Shown here: one piece after another, positions 36,748-49,600 of the stretch | How positions within the stretch are numbered: position 1 is the stretch's first letter | Layout: each line of letters starts with the position of its first letter | Source of the DNA: Perkinsus olseni | Taxonomy: Eukaryota | Reading direction: 5' to 3' | DNA length: 58,532 nt | Assembly: GCA_013115125.1 (NCBI GenBank) | Contig: JABANN010000165.1 | Coordinates: forward strand, 1 to 58,532 | Position numbers and translations under genes: made by a program | Notes under the pieces: model-generated | Databases searched by the model: none | What the model was told of the DNA's origin: nothing | What the model saw: only the letters and a program-made list of their open reading frames with translations

Positions 36748-39700
36748 ATGGTCCCTCATACTCGTCATCGCCCCTCCCGCCGGCATCGCAAGCGCCCGCA
36801 TCGATTTACCGTGGTATCCTACAACATCAACGGATTATTCGGCAGCAAGTTGGAGCTGGCCCGTTACCTGTCCCTTGCCAAGCCCGGCTTGGCAAGCCGC
36901 ATGTGGTCTGCCTTCAGGAGACATTCCACACCGAAAGCGCCCACCTACGCTTCCCGGGTTATCACGTCGATCATCTGCTTTCGGCATCGATTCCGGGAAC
37001 ATCTCAGGGGTCTCGCCGTGGTCGTCGCAGCGGTGGTCTGGTCACACTAATCCGCGACGATCTTACCTACCACCATTTGTATACCATTACTTATGCTGAT
37101 TCACACGATTTATTCTGTATACTTGCCACAGTTGTTCACGATAAAACCCAACACCCTCCATTACCGTTGTCGATTATTAATTGCTATTTTCGCCCGTCTG
37201 TTAGAATTCCAGAGGACCCTCTCCCGCATATTCCCACACAGCACTCTATCATTCTGGGAGACTTCAATGGGCATCACCCAGCTTGGGGGACTCAGATCCC
37301 TCATGCGACAGACCAGCGCGGAACTATGCTCTACCATTGGGTCCACTCACACAACTACAAGCTACTTCATCATGTTCAAGAACCACCAACTTACATGGGG
37401 TACAATGGAACTATGTCATCGATAGACGTGATGGGGGTCACTAAAGATATTGCTCCTGCAGCCCATAAGTTCATCCTCACAAATGCTCTCGCTGGCTCCG
37501 ACCACCTCCCCCTTCAGCTCACACTTGGTGTCATCCCCCACTTCACCAAGCAGTCATGTCGATCCGCCAAACGGCGCACGTGGAACTTTAAGACTGTGGA
37601 TTGGACCGCCTTTCGCTCAGTCCTGGATTCGCACATTGCTTCGATTGATTGGTCGTCTTCAGTTCATGTAATCCATTCTCAGATATCCAGTGCTTTCGCC
37701 GCAGCAGCCTCACACTTTATTCACCGTGGTCGTCTACACCTGTACAAGCCGTTTTGGACCCCCTCTCTGAACAAGCTCCGGCTAGAGAAGAATGCAGTCC
37801 GACGGGCCCTATATCGCCGTGCTGCCGCCTTCTTACCCCATAGTATTCTGCAGGATTATACTGTACTCTATCAGTAGGAGGTATAAGGCTGCTATACGAA
37901 CAGCTCAACGACAACATTGGGAGAAATTTACTTCGACTCTGGATTTCGCCACGAAAAAGGACTGGAAGGTAGATCGAGCTATGGCCTTAGGAGTGGGGCA
38001 AACGACCACGTCGACGACAGTCATCGACAATGCCCGGGGGGCAGCTGCGGCGAACTTGTATTCACTTTACTTAAGTCGAGATATTTATCGATCACGTTTG
38101 AGTACTGCATCGACTCATCATTGGCAGCGTCAAGGCAATCTTCTACTTCGTCAGCGTCGCTCTGGAACCTACGTTGAGACCTATCCGCGGGCCCCTTTCA
38201 CGTGGTTGGAATTTTCAGCAGTATTATACAAAGCGAAAAAAACCTCAGCACCTGGACCTGACAACATCCATCCAAAGTTTATTGTTCATGCTTCAGACGT
38301 GGCGTTGAGGGCTATTCTGCGCCTGGTGAACTTGACTTATACCACGTCTGAAATTCCCCGCCAGTGGCGTTCAGCTAAAATTATAGTACTGAAGAAAAAC
38401 CCTAGGTCACACGACTCCACTTGTATAAATTTTCGGCCAATCTCTTTGACTAGTATAGTAGCTCGACTGGCGGAGGCTATGGTGCTCAATCGAGTACAGC
38501 ATGAGCTCTTATCCACGGCCAACCCACAGCCCCTCCACCCTCACCAATTCGGCTTCCAACGATCACGAGGGGTTGAGGAGGAGGTAGCCTATGTAAGCTC
38601 TTCGATCAAATCCTCTCTCCACTCTCAGCATAAAATAGTGGGTCTTCTAAGTTTGGATTTGCGAAAAGCATATGATACCACGAATTTGTCCGTCTTACGT
38701 AGTCGCCTCCACACGGCTCTCGCAACGCAACTTATCCCATGGATTTGTGCGTTTCTCAGCGGCAGAAACTTCATGTGGACATCAATGAGGAAAGATCAGA
38801 GTGGCGTAAAGAAGCTCAAGGTCTTCCTCAAGAGGCAGTGCTAGCGCCGGTGCTCTGGGCAATATTCATAAACCCCCTTTTACAACTCCTAGACAGATTC
38901 TGCACTGGAGCAAGTCCGGCATTAACGGGCTTTGCTGCATACGCAGATGATGTGGTCCTTTGGGCTTCCGGATCATCTCAATTCGAAGTAGATTGTAAAC
39001 TCCAAATGGTCTTAAATCAGGTCCAGGCGTGGGTAGAATAGGTAGGGATGGACTTAGCAGAAGATAAGACTCGTCTCATCTACTTTACAAAAACTAAGCG
39101 TAGACAAATTCGGCATAACCAAATCATACTGAAAGGCTATCATCTTCAACCAGTTGATCAAGTCACCATACTGGGGGTTATCTTCGACTCTACCTTATCT
39201 TGGGGCCCACAAATTGAGAAGATCCGGAAAAATGTGAAACATCGGGCGGAAACCATATTTCTACTACTTCAAACTCCTACCAAAATTCACAAAAAGCTTT
39301 ACAAGCAATATGTAAAATATAACTTTACAATGGGTAGCTCGGCATGGGCCTTCGGGGTGACGCAAGAGAGGTGGAAGTTAATAGAAGGATGTTATTCCTG
39401 TGCTATTAAGTCTCTCTTAGGCTGTCCTATATACGCCTCAAAACGTTTGAGTTTGCGGTTAGCAGACGAGCCACCCTTGACCTTGCTCATCTATTCCTAC
39501 TTGAGTCGATTATTTCATAAGTTGGCTCGCCTGCATCATTCACCATTTGCGGTCTTGACTGCTGCCACTTTACCGACAGCTACTGGTACAGCGGTCATAT
39601 GGTACTCCGAGACCCACTCAATCCCAGTACTCCGTCTACTACGTTCCAGTGCCCAACTGGCGGCTACGGTCTGGTCACCCCTTTACCATCCCTCTTCAAG

Positions 39701-40784
39701 GCCATGTCCAGAACCTGTCTGCCCGGTTCACCCTAGCAACTGGACAACACCGCTGACAATATCGACTTCGTTGCCGAATGTGCCCGCGGCCGCTACTCGT
39801 ACAGACTACTTAGCAGCTATTACCGAGGTTATCACAGAACACCTCGTAAAAGGCCGGCTAGTTTTGCTCGTGGATGCATCCTATCAAGACCTCGCCTTTC
39901 GAGCTTGGGGAAACAGGGCGAGTTATGCGTGGACGCTTATCTGGAAAACTCCGGTCTCACCTACTGCTTCCCCGGACTCTACTAGCAAAGGGCAAGGAGC
40001 ACTAGGCCCGCAGATCTGGTCTTCAACTGAAGCTGAACTACAAGCTTTGCGTTATGCACTCCCGGATCTCTCCCGCACTCCGGACCTTTTGGCCCTGCTC
40101 CACCATCGGGGACCCCTCATCATTTGTACTGACAGTCTAAGTGCATGCAACCTTCTACAACAAGGCTGGTGTCAAACGTCCCCCTACAAATCCATCGTGT
40201 GGTCTATCCTCTCCTCTGTGGTCTCTCTTCAAGCCGGCTCCCCGATCAGTCACGATCTTTCAACATCTCCTACCCGACTACAATGGATCAAGGCCCACGT
40301 TGGGTTCTCACTACATGATGAAGTGGACAAGAGGGCGAAGACCCTATCGACTATGCCTCCCCGATACCCGCGAGAATCGCTAGGCGGAGCGTTAGCCAAA
40401 ATACAACACTTCAAGAGTAGAACGCTAACAACACTCCAGTACACCATTCCGGGGGAGATCTACTGCGCGACTGGCCCGTACGCCTGGCATCGCGACCCTA
40501 TTCACTCCCTCTCTCGTGTAGACCAGTGCCTCATTTACCGCCTACGACAAGGTGTTCTACCCCTCTATCATCCTGCCTTATGTCCACTCTGCAATGGTTC
40601 TGCCTACTCGGTACGTCATCTTCTTCTCTATTGCCCAGGTTTAAACAGGTTCCGACCATCCTTCATCTCTACACCGGTACAACCCGAACTTGAAGACAAG
40701 TATTTCTTCATGCTCCTCTACTCGACCAAGGAAATGCTTCAAGTCTCACTCTCCCTTGCCAAAGCCAGCCATCTCCACCTGTGA
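36748..40784 (+). pseudogene. LINE polyprotein: AP endonuclease, reverse transcriptase, RNase H, C-terminal CCHC
   Basis: APE: SYNING, CLQET, ILGDFNGHH, GSDHLP. RT: APGPD, FRPISLTS, QFGF, LDLRKAYD, GLPQ, YADD. RNase H: VDAS, TEAEL, TDSLS, WIKAHVG...DEVDKRAK. CPLC...HLLLYC. Three frameshifts (about 36890, 37870 and 38780) and an in-frame TAG at 39039-39041. Confidence 0.93.
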
Positions 40785-40981
40785 CCTCCCTCTGTAGATA
40801 CCTCCTACTTTTGCTGTGTGGGATTGGGAGACTCACATCCGCTGGTCCCGCTCGTTATCTTTCGTTCACTCTCTTTTATTTCTGTCAGGACAGGGGATTC
40901 ACTGCCGCTCGTTACCACTCTAGCGTGCATTAGTCGTTGTAAGGGCGATACGCCAACAGGCGTGTAATGCCCCGGTAATAG

Positions 40982-41026
40982 GCGTTGCGTTGCGTTGCGT
41001 TGCGTTGCGTTGCGTTGCGTTGCGTT
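40982..41026 (+). repeat. (GCGTT)9 microsatellite, the 3' tail of the LINE
   Basis: Nine perfect units running directly into the downstream TSD. Confidence 0.92.
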
Positions 41027-44000
41027 GCCTTGTGCTGCGGCCTTGCCTTGTGTTACGGCTTTGCCTTGGGTAACAGCCTTCACCCGTGATTTCGGCTCTC
41101 ACCCGAGTTGGGGCTTTCACTTGCAATCGACGGTTTTTTTGTTTACACCTGGATAACAGCTTTGCCTTGTCTTATGGCTTTGCCTTGGGTAACAGCCTTC
41201 ACCCGTGATTTTAACCGTCTCCAGCTTAGATTTTAACCCTCTCCAGCTTAGATTTTAACCCTCTCCAGCTTAGATTTTATCCGCTTAGTTTTTCGCCGCT
41301 TAGATTTTCACCGTCTACCGTAGACGGTCTACGGCTTGAAAGTTTCAAGTTGAAACGGTTACGGCTTTCTTTAGTTTTTGGTATTCTCGGGCGTGCGCTA
41401 TTCTTCTTTGGTTTTTCCCCTCCTCGCTTAGATTTTCACCTCCTACCCCCCAATGGGGCGGCCCCATTCATCGACCGACCGGGTCGTTAACAAACTTGTT
41501 TATCGATAGAAGCTCTTCTTATGCATCGTGCTGTACATGGTTCAATCGCCACGTCCCCCAGCTCAGAGAGCTCCGCCGACTGTCATGCCAATTCTACACC
41601 ATAGTGGTCTTCAAAACTCTCCTGCGTCAGCCGCTGCGGTCTTCCGAAGACCGTCTTCGCAATGCAAGAACTGACTAGCTTACCCGCTTTGACCCTCTGG
41701 TCGGACTTTTTCGCTACCCTTCGGAGTGTATGATGCTATTGGGACGCACCAGGGAGCTTCCTAGGTGAACGCTACTTCAAACTCAATCATACTGAGGAGT
41801 AGGACTCCTACTGTAGGAGGGGTTTTCGGGTCCAAAAATTTGTAATTTTCCGAATCGGACAGTGTCATTTTCCTGGGTACGGGTCGAAGGACTCTCTATG
41901 TATCGCTGATCCTGGGGTGAGGTGAGCTGAACGAGGGGCCTGCAGGGGAGGAGAGATCAGGATACGCTACGAGGGTCTCAACCTGCTGGTGACGACCGCA
42001 GACCGCGGCCAGATGCCGAGGATTTCGCCTGAGGGGCACGAAAGCATTCGATTTTTGAATCGAGATGAGCCCTGGGAATTGTAATGCTTATGTAGCTGAT
42101 CCTGTCCTGCTTCGACAAGAAGGTACGCTGAGGCTAAGTGGCGGATGATAAGAAGACAGCAGATGAAAGGTTGGATTCCAGATGGCAAAACCCGGGTGCT
42201 GTGTTCTCAATCAGCCAGTCTTTCAACAGAAACCCCCAGCGCGTTTCTAGCTCGACAGAAAATTTAACGTAGTAGCAGCGGGAAAGAGAGTCGGAAAAGT
42301 CGAATGTCTTTCACGGGAGAGTCTTTCGAGAACGGGCGGCAATTGTGTCTCACGAGCGTTTGCAGAGGAACGCAAATTTTGGTGAAAGTATGGATTTTGA
42401 AAATTGTAGATGACCTGGAAGCGAACCGAGGTGGAGGAAAACTAATAGAAGTAAAAATAGGAGGGATAGTAGAAGTAAAGTAGAGAATAGAAATTGACAA
42501 GAAACGAAAAAAAGTAGAACTGGATAAAAAACTGTTTAGTAATAGACATCGACGGGAGATGAACTTCGATTGGAAAATTAAAGTCTTCTCTGCGAGTGCG
42601 TCCGTCAAGGATGGGCGAGAATTGGGACTTACAAATGTCTGTGCGCGAAATTCGGCCAACCCGGAATCCCAAGGCGAGTAAGGTGAAAGTAAAAAAATAG
42701 AAGGTGACGTTGAGGCTGAGTAAAGTTGAATTAATTTCAAGTAACGCTCCAGTAGAGGACATTGACTTGTGTGATTGTGTGATTCGTGTTGTGCGCTTTT
42801 TTCAGCAGCAGCAGCAGCCGTCGCCTCCTCAGCGATTTTATTTTCTTCTTGTTTCGCCTATATTACGCATACACTATACAATTGCCACCCAGGGATGCCT
42901 GCGAAGACTTTGAAAAATCCGAGCGTCACTCACCGACCACCTCCCCCTGCGCGTGATGGTGATGATGATGGTGACACTCCCTCGCTTAATGAGGGCCTCG
43001 CGAGTACCGGCATAGTCTTCCATCGTCATCAGCTCAAGCGAATGGCGTCCGCTCTGCCCAGTCCTGGAGGTAGTAACCCTGGGCAGGTTCGATTCTAGGG
43101 TGCGGCGGCATTGTTTTCTTTTCAGCGCTGAAGAATCTCGCTTCCGCTAATACGGTCCTCCCTGCGGATGATGAGCCTCACGAAAGCGCCACGCCGAGAG
43201 TCCTTCGACCCGAGCCCAAGAAAATCACTGACGAGACCTCGCCCGATTCGGGGCAATCCTATTCGAAAGAATTCGACGAGGAAAATTACAAATTGTTGGA
43301 CTCGAAAGAGTACAGCGACTTCCAGTATTACCTGGACATCGGTCGAAGGTCTACCACCACTAGTGGCCCGGGAGAAGGCGCACTTTTCTTATTCGAAGAT
43401 CAAGGTTGTTACGAAGAGGTGATAGACGGGGCAAAGGGTGGGGATCTTTCGATCGGCGATGCATTCGTTAAGCATAATTAAGAGCCCTCAGATTGAGTTA
43501 GTGCTTTCAATAGCGTTCTTTTCCGAAGGTTGTCGGTAATCAACGGAAATTCGCGTGGAAAATGCAAACTGGTGGCGGAAAGCTAGTTTGAGTGCGCTTA
43601 TCGAGCGCCGCCGAACACGCACTCTCCGCTCACTACTTGATGAGAACACAGCCCCTCTGTGAGCAACTGGGCTTCTTCCTCTTCTTCTTCTTCGCACCAT
43701 CTGGCGACAGTGCCGTTTGCCGCGGGCCAGAGAATAATAGTTCGCTAAAGAGAGGTGGAACTCGAGTGTAGTCCGCGATGGGCCGTGAACTCATAACCAT
43801 CGGTTAAGGCCCGTTACGAAGCACAGCGGACCGTCATAAAGTATGCTTGGTTTGCTCGGTGATGCGTCACAACTTATGATTATTTTTTCATCCTTATAAA
43901 TTATAATTATATCATAAGTTTAGATTATTTTCAGTGAAAATTTTTCACTATAAGTTATGATGAGTTCTACGTCTAGCGGGACAATACTCAGGCATTAGCG

Positions 44001-44443
44001 GTAGAACGAAATGGAGATGAGCCACTCCAAATTGGAGTCTCCAATGCCAGAGTCACGTACAGCGTATTTTACATACACTGCGTGACGGCGTGGCGAACCA
44101 CACAGTCGGGAACTCCTAGGCGACAGACCTCGCTGGAGCTATGTTGTCTGCCGAAGGTCTTCCCACGAGGTTCGAAAGAAGAAGAAACGACAATCGTCCT
44201 CGTTCTTCGTGTTTAGCGGAAGAATTCTCGTCACTCAAGACGAAGACTCAGCAAGTTTCGTCACTCACAACGTTAGAATAAATAGATGCATGATAGATGG
44301 ATCAAGATAATAGATAGATCGTCAATAGATACAGCACTTTGAAAAGCGAAATGGGCTTGGCTCAGGTCACGTCACGTGACTATCGTCCGTCACAATGAGA
44401 CACGCACGTGGGCCACGTGACGATGATATTGCTGATATCGTGA

Positions 44444-44500
44444 CGGATTGCTGATGATATAACCGCCACGTGACGTGGCGGTTATATCATCAGCAATCCG
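44444..44500. repeat. Perfect 28-bp inverted repeat with a 1-nt centre
   Basis: CGGATTGCTGATGATATAACCGCCACGT-G-ACGTGGCGGTTATATCATCAGCAATCCG. Confidence 0.97.
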
Positions 44501-44551
44501 CTCACTGAGTTAGTAACGCTCGACTACACTCTGACTTTTCTCAATATGCAT

Positions 44552-46615
44552 TCAACTGTTCTGGCCTCGCGGCGAGGCCCTCGCCTGGTCGAAAAAGTCC
44601 AATGCTTCAGTGGGATTCCAAAGAGGCTCGGCGGGGGAAGGATCGAAACCATTCCACGCGGGAGCCCCAAGCGACACATCACCATCCACGCCGGTGTTTG
44701 CATGGGCCATCGAAGTAGAGGACGGAATGTCAGTGTTACCAAGCTCACCGTTCCCGCCAATAGAGAAGCCCAGAGGGGCACCATTACCATTTCCAGGGCT
44801 CTGTTGTGGGCCCGGACCGAGGCTCTTGTCCAGGTCTGGGATGCTGCTCGGTCTCATAGGATAACTTACCTTTTTGATAACCAATTCGACCTCCATCGAC
44901 AGTCGGTAGCAAACCTCGATATCATCCCCATAGATGCTCCAGCCAAGGACCTTGGAGAACCGTATAAAAGCCGCAGTGACCGCTCCACGATTAGAGGGAT
45001 TGATGGTATCGAACATGTAGCATCCGGTGAGAATTTTAACGACCATTGCGAGGGGGCCGACCACGAATGGGCGCTCCTTGCCCGGAGGGAAGAAACAGAA
45101 GGTACGCGAAGAATCTGCACCTATCTTCATTGTAACCTTCACGAAACCAAGAAAAGGAGAGACGCTCTCGTAGACAGTTGCGAGGGGCTGGCCCGTCGGA
45201 GGCAGACCGGTAGGAGTCAGTGGTACAGGCGTGGGTGGCAACCGCTTGCGAGGCCGGCCGGTAGATGCCTTTGCTGCTCGCTTCTTACGTTTCTTTCCAG
45301 ACTGCTCAGCACTCTTGCTGATAGAAAGACTGGAAGGCCTTAAAATCGCCTCAACACCAAAGCTGTCCCTCTTTGAACCGGGCATGTCATTGCCTCTCCA
45401 GAACAAATCGTGGGCATTGGTATTAGCATCTGGAGGCTTCGTCGGCTTCTCCGCTTTCTCCGGAATGGATTTTAAGGTCATTCTATATCTCTCTTTTCCG
45501 ATGGTAAATTCTGCTTCCATGGGAGTGGGGAAACAGACGGAATTATCCTCGGCTGAGATCTGCCTGAAACCCTTCCCGGCTAGCGATGACGATAAGAGTT
45601 CAAAATACAACTTCGCCTTTTGGTACCCAATGGCGTCAATTGTGTCGTACACCAGGCACCCGGTGGAGGGATGAATGACCATTCTGTACGGGCCGAGCGT
45701 CCACAGGTTTTGATTCCCATTCAGAAGGAACTTGAAGGAGCAGAACATCCCCGCTTGAATGACCATCATGACCCTCGCGAAGCCATCAATGGGCTCAGCA
45801 TTCTCGTAAATGGCAAGGCTTGGGATTCCGCCTGAACCCACTCTCCCCTCGGTCCGCACCACGGCTGCTTGTTGCCGTTGGTGGCTCATCGGAGATGACT
45901 CTCGCGCGGTAAAGCCTTCCACAACCTCGGGCGTCGGGTGGTCATGTGGGCTCCCGATGCTCGTGGCGGTCGAGCTAGCTTCTGTCGCTCCGAGATGATA
46001 AGAATCATGATCGGCATCATCGACGCTGTCCATCTCTCCCACAACTGATACGTCATCGACCTTGAGTAGCTCATATGGCTGACCGTGGAGCACGAGATGA
46101 ACAATACTATCAGAGACCGGACAGACTCTGACATCGCGCCAGTAGAGTCGAATGGAGGAAGTGCTATTGAGTCTCCTCTCAACCTCTCTGAAGCTCTTCT
46201 CAAGAATTCGCCTCTCGAGCAGATTTTCCCCAGAATACATCAAACAACCAGCCCCGTCCGGCTCCAACTCGTGCGGGCCAACGGGAATCGCTGTTGTCAC
46301 GCCCAGCAGCAAGAAGTGGAGGGTCGTCGTCATATTCGTGTAGAGCTCCATGACTATCCCCGCGAAGTCGCCCACAGAAGCGAAGCTCCCATATTTTCCC
46401 GTCGCGACCAGAGTAGAGTCAGGGCCGTTGACGCTCCCGTTGGCACGAAGACCTCCAAGGACAACGAGCTGCAGGAGTCTTCGAGGCAGTCCGTAGAGCA
46501 GTAACAGAAACGTGGAATTTGTTGATTGGCGTAATGTCTCTCGTGACGGGAGGCAAAGGAGACGGGAGTCCCGTCTCCTTTGCCTCCCACGGGCGCGCGC
46601 TGCTGTCGTCACCAA
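44552..46615 (-). CDS. Intronless hypothetical protein with three tandem copies of a roughly 110-aa two-Cys domain; possibly secreted; true start uncertain
   Basis: 687-codon open frame. Repeated cores IPVGPHELEPDGAGCLMY...DVRVCP, WTLGPYRMVIHPSTGCLVY...DNSVCF and FVVGPLAMVVKILTGCYMF...DIEVCY are separated by low-complexity linkers. A hydrophobic stretch lies near the N-terminus. Confidence 0.7.
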   Translation of the reverse strand: MVTTAARARGRQRRRDSRLLCLPSRETLRQSTNSTFLLLLYGLPRRLLQLVVLGGLRANGSVNGPDSTLVATGKYGSFASVGDFAGIVMELYTNMTTTLHFLLLGVTTAIPVGPHELEPDGAGCLMYSGENLLERRILEKSFREVERRLNSTSSIRLYWRDVRVCPVSDSIVHLVLHGQPYELLKVDDVSVVGEMDSVDDADHDSYHLGATEASSTATSIGSPHDHPTPEVVEGFTARESSPMSHQRQQAAVVRTEGRVGSGGIPSLAIYENAEPIDGFARVMMVIQAGMFCSFKFLLNGNQNLWTLGPYRMVIHPSTGCLVYDTIDAIGYQKAKLYFELLSSSLAGKGFRQISAEDNSVCFPTPMEAEFTIGKERYRMTLKSIPEKAEKPTKPPDANTNAHDLFWRGNDMPGSKRDSFGVEAILRPSSLSISKSAEQSGKKRKKRAAKASTGRPRKRLPPTPVPLTPTGLPPTGQPLATVYESVSPFLGFVKVTMKIGADSSRTFCFFPPGKERPFVVGPLAMVVKILTGCYMFDTINPSNRGAVTAAFIRFSKVLGWSIYGDDIEVCYRLSMEVELVIKKVSYPMRPSSIPDLDKSLGPGPQQSPGNGNGAPLGFSIGGNGELGNTDIPSSTSMAHANTGVDGDVSLGAPAWNGFDPSPAEPLWNPTEALDFFDQARASPRGQNS

Positions 46616-49600
46616 GGGGCCTCACACTCCGGCACTCCATCGATTGACGGCAGTTGACACTGTAATTCGTCACCTTCATACGTCCAAGAAGCTGTCTCAT
46701 GAATGGTAAGTGGTAACTCACCACTGGTGAGCAATCGAACTCACAAGTCGAGGTCACCTGGGCCTGGAGTTTTGTGCGTGCTTTTGCACGAACGTCACGC
46801 TACGAGTTGAGATCTAATCTCACTTATGGTGGTCTGAAGTCCACAATCTCACGGGGACATGAAGCCACCCTGACACGCGGGATCGACAGCAGTTAGATAC
46901 TGGCCACTATGCTGCTTCAATCGCTCCGCCGTTCTCACGTCGTGGTGTCCTAATTTTTTGCATATTGGCCCGACTCGTTGAGCCTCACTTTTGCTGCCTG
47001 TCTAAGTGCAAGCTGTATGATGCGACTTTACCGTACCGTGGCCGCAGTGACACTGACAGGGTGGCAATTCACAATGTGAAGCTACATGCGTCATTTGCGC
47101 CCACGTTCCGCTACGAGTTAGAATCTTGTGTCATCTATACGACGACGTAATCTCATGACTACGCATCAAGATCGACTGGTCTCCGATCACCACAGCGTTG
47201 AAGAGGTGCGTACGTAGTGAAGAATGGGGTTAAGACTTTACCGTTGAGTTTTTGGAAGCTATCCAATGCATTTGGATGCTCTTTTATCGTGTTGCGAAAC
47301 GCTATTGTGATATTTTTGAGGCGAAAGAAAATAATTTTTTCATCCATTTAATGCGCCCTGGTAAATGATGATGAATTTCGTCATCACTTCGCGGCGGAAG
47401 CGTTTCTTCCGCGGCTAACTTGGCGCGGCTAACTTGCTGTACATCTCGAAGTGATCTAATATCGGGAATCCCGATTCGGGATATGTGCCATTTTTGCTTC
47501 GTGAAGAGCTCACTTAGCACGGGCCCTCACGGGAATCACGAATCTGTCATTACGTGTGTCCACTACGTCTTCTGAAGTTTCTATTCCCACCTGCCTCGTT
47601 ATCATTCCCTCTGTCTCCCCTTTCAGGTTGTAATCTGCACGATACCGGTGAGCGTCGTGGCCGGCGCCCCTAGGTCCTCCGCGTCTCTTCATTCCACATT
47701 TTATACAGTCAAATTTAGCGGCGAAGTTGCCGCTCCCGGCTTCATCGAATTCGGTCAGGCCGAACTTCTTCCGACTGTCAAACTTGCGGAGTGAGTTGGC
47801 GTGGGGGCTTCGATTTTTTTTCTCGGACTCTCTGTTCTTTCGAACCACGCACATATCGCCTTAAGAATTCGGCGTGCTCGATTCAGTAGTTCATTCAAGT
47901 CGCGGACGAAAACAACGATGTTTGTAGGACTGTATTCGTTAGTACTGGTCCACTAGAGGTGATACTATCACCGTGATAGCTTTCCTCTAAAATACAGCGC
48001 TGCGGTACTCCCGGTCGCCTGATGTTATCCGCCGTTTTGGCCCGGTAGAATGTGATATCATTCCGCTGTGTATGCCTTCAACCAGCTTTTATTTTCAGTT
48101 GCTTATCACCGGCCATTCAGTGTGCCTTCCCAATAGTGGAGGAGAGAACTACGCGGTTTCTGGGCATCCTCGGCTTGAATAAAGGGAAAAGGTGACTCAC
48201 ACCATCACCCAACTGCAGCACCCTCGTCAGCTCGAAGTGGCATAGTTTATTCTCCTCTTTTTTCAGGGAACCGTCCCTCACTTTCCTCAGTATGTGTCAA
48301 TCATTTTCAATTCCACCAATGCTGAACGTTGACGGTGTAATGTACCCCACCGAGCGCTCCGAGACGGGTCTCATTCAAATGCGTAAGAAATCAAGATTTC
48401 GCGCGCCACGAAATTAAGTAACTCAAACTCGGTCGAAAACTGAATAATTATTCATGATTTCGTTGACTGGGTCCCATGTAGAAGAACTTTCCAAGGTTAT
48501 TTTTGCATCTTGCATAAGTACCAAAACTTCGCCGAATCGCACGCGCTTGGTCGTTGCTCAGTACCTCCGTGGGACGATCCCCGCCAGGCCAGCGTCTCTG
48601 TTTTCCGGGTTTCGTCCAAGGAAGCGATGTTTTGTGGCGCAGTACGGAGTTGCCGGAAATTTTCCCCGCTCCTGGGTGAGCTGCTATTGGAATTTCGTGG
48701 CGCAGTGACGATCATGTCAGGTCGGCTCCCGTCCGGGTTTATACCTATCGAGCCCCAGCGTATAACACTGTGGGCATTTATCGGTTCTAGAATGTCTTCC
48801 ACCGCCAAAAATGTTGGCTCGGCTGTCCCGACGCCGTCGCCGGTCCCCCCGGTTGAATCAACTGATAGCGGACCTCGAGAGAGTCTCGCGGTAAGCGACG
48901 CATTAGAAACCGTTTCTTGATCTATTTTGGTAATTATTAGTAATAGCAATTTCAATCCTCGGCCAGGTGTCGGTGAGAGCCGCCGCATCGATCGCTCCGG
49001 TCACAGGCGAGATAGAAATCTACGAGATTGGTGGTGGGGACGAGGTTTCCTCCCAGATGGCAGCCAATGAAGTGACGAGTTGTCGATGGTGCGGTACGAT
49101 GACAATGTTTTTCAGGCAACTACTGTGCTCTTGTCGGGGGTCCGATATCGTTTAGAGTGATGATGACAATGATAATAATAATAATAATAATAATGATTAA
49201 CATTAATTAACAGTAGAATAGTGGATTTAGGAAAGCGCGATTTGTCCAGGTTTATTATTACACCTATCGACTCTAGCGTTTAGACCTCGACTTTTGTACA
49301 CCACTGAAGGCGATGACGACGACCAGAATCGTCAGGATTCATTTCAATACTTTACAATATCATTAATATTATTAGTAATATATTGAACAAGAAGAAGGCG
49401 ATTATTAGTAATAGATTGTTGTATTTGCGTCGCGCGCCGCAAAATGCCACGTATGTTGCCCGCACAGCTGCCGATAATAATTAGGCTGAATCTCATCATT
49501 CATCACTGTGGTTACTCTGGCCTCCTCCTCCTACTCTTACTCGTCGGTAATGTTACTTCGTATTTCATCATCGGTATTATGTGTCGATGATGATGATGAT

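Larger units (their letters stand above)
36575..41024 (+). mobile_element. Full-length ingi/I-group non-LTR retrotransposon (APE-RT-RNase H), disabled
   Basis: 11-bp TSD TTGCCTTGTGC at 36564-36574 and 41025-41035. 5' HDV-like ribozyme, single long ORF and a (GCGTT)n 3' tail. Confidence 0.93.

Noticed and set aside
36644-36830. 2A-like ribosome-skipping peptide at the start of the ingi-like ORF
   Set aside because: No D(V/I)ExNPGP motif was found in any plus-strand frame.
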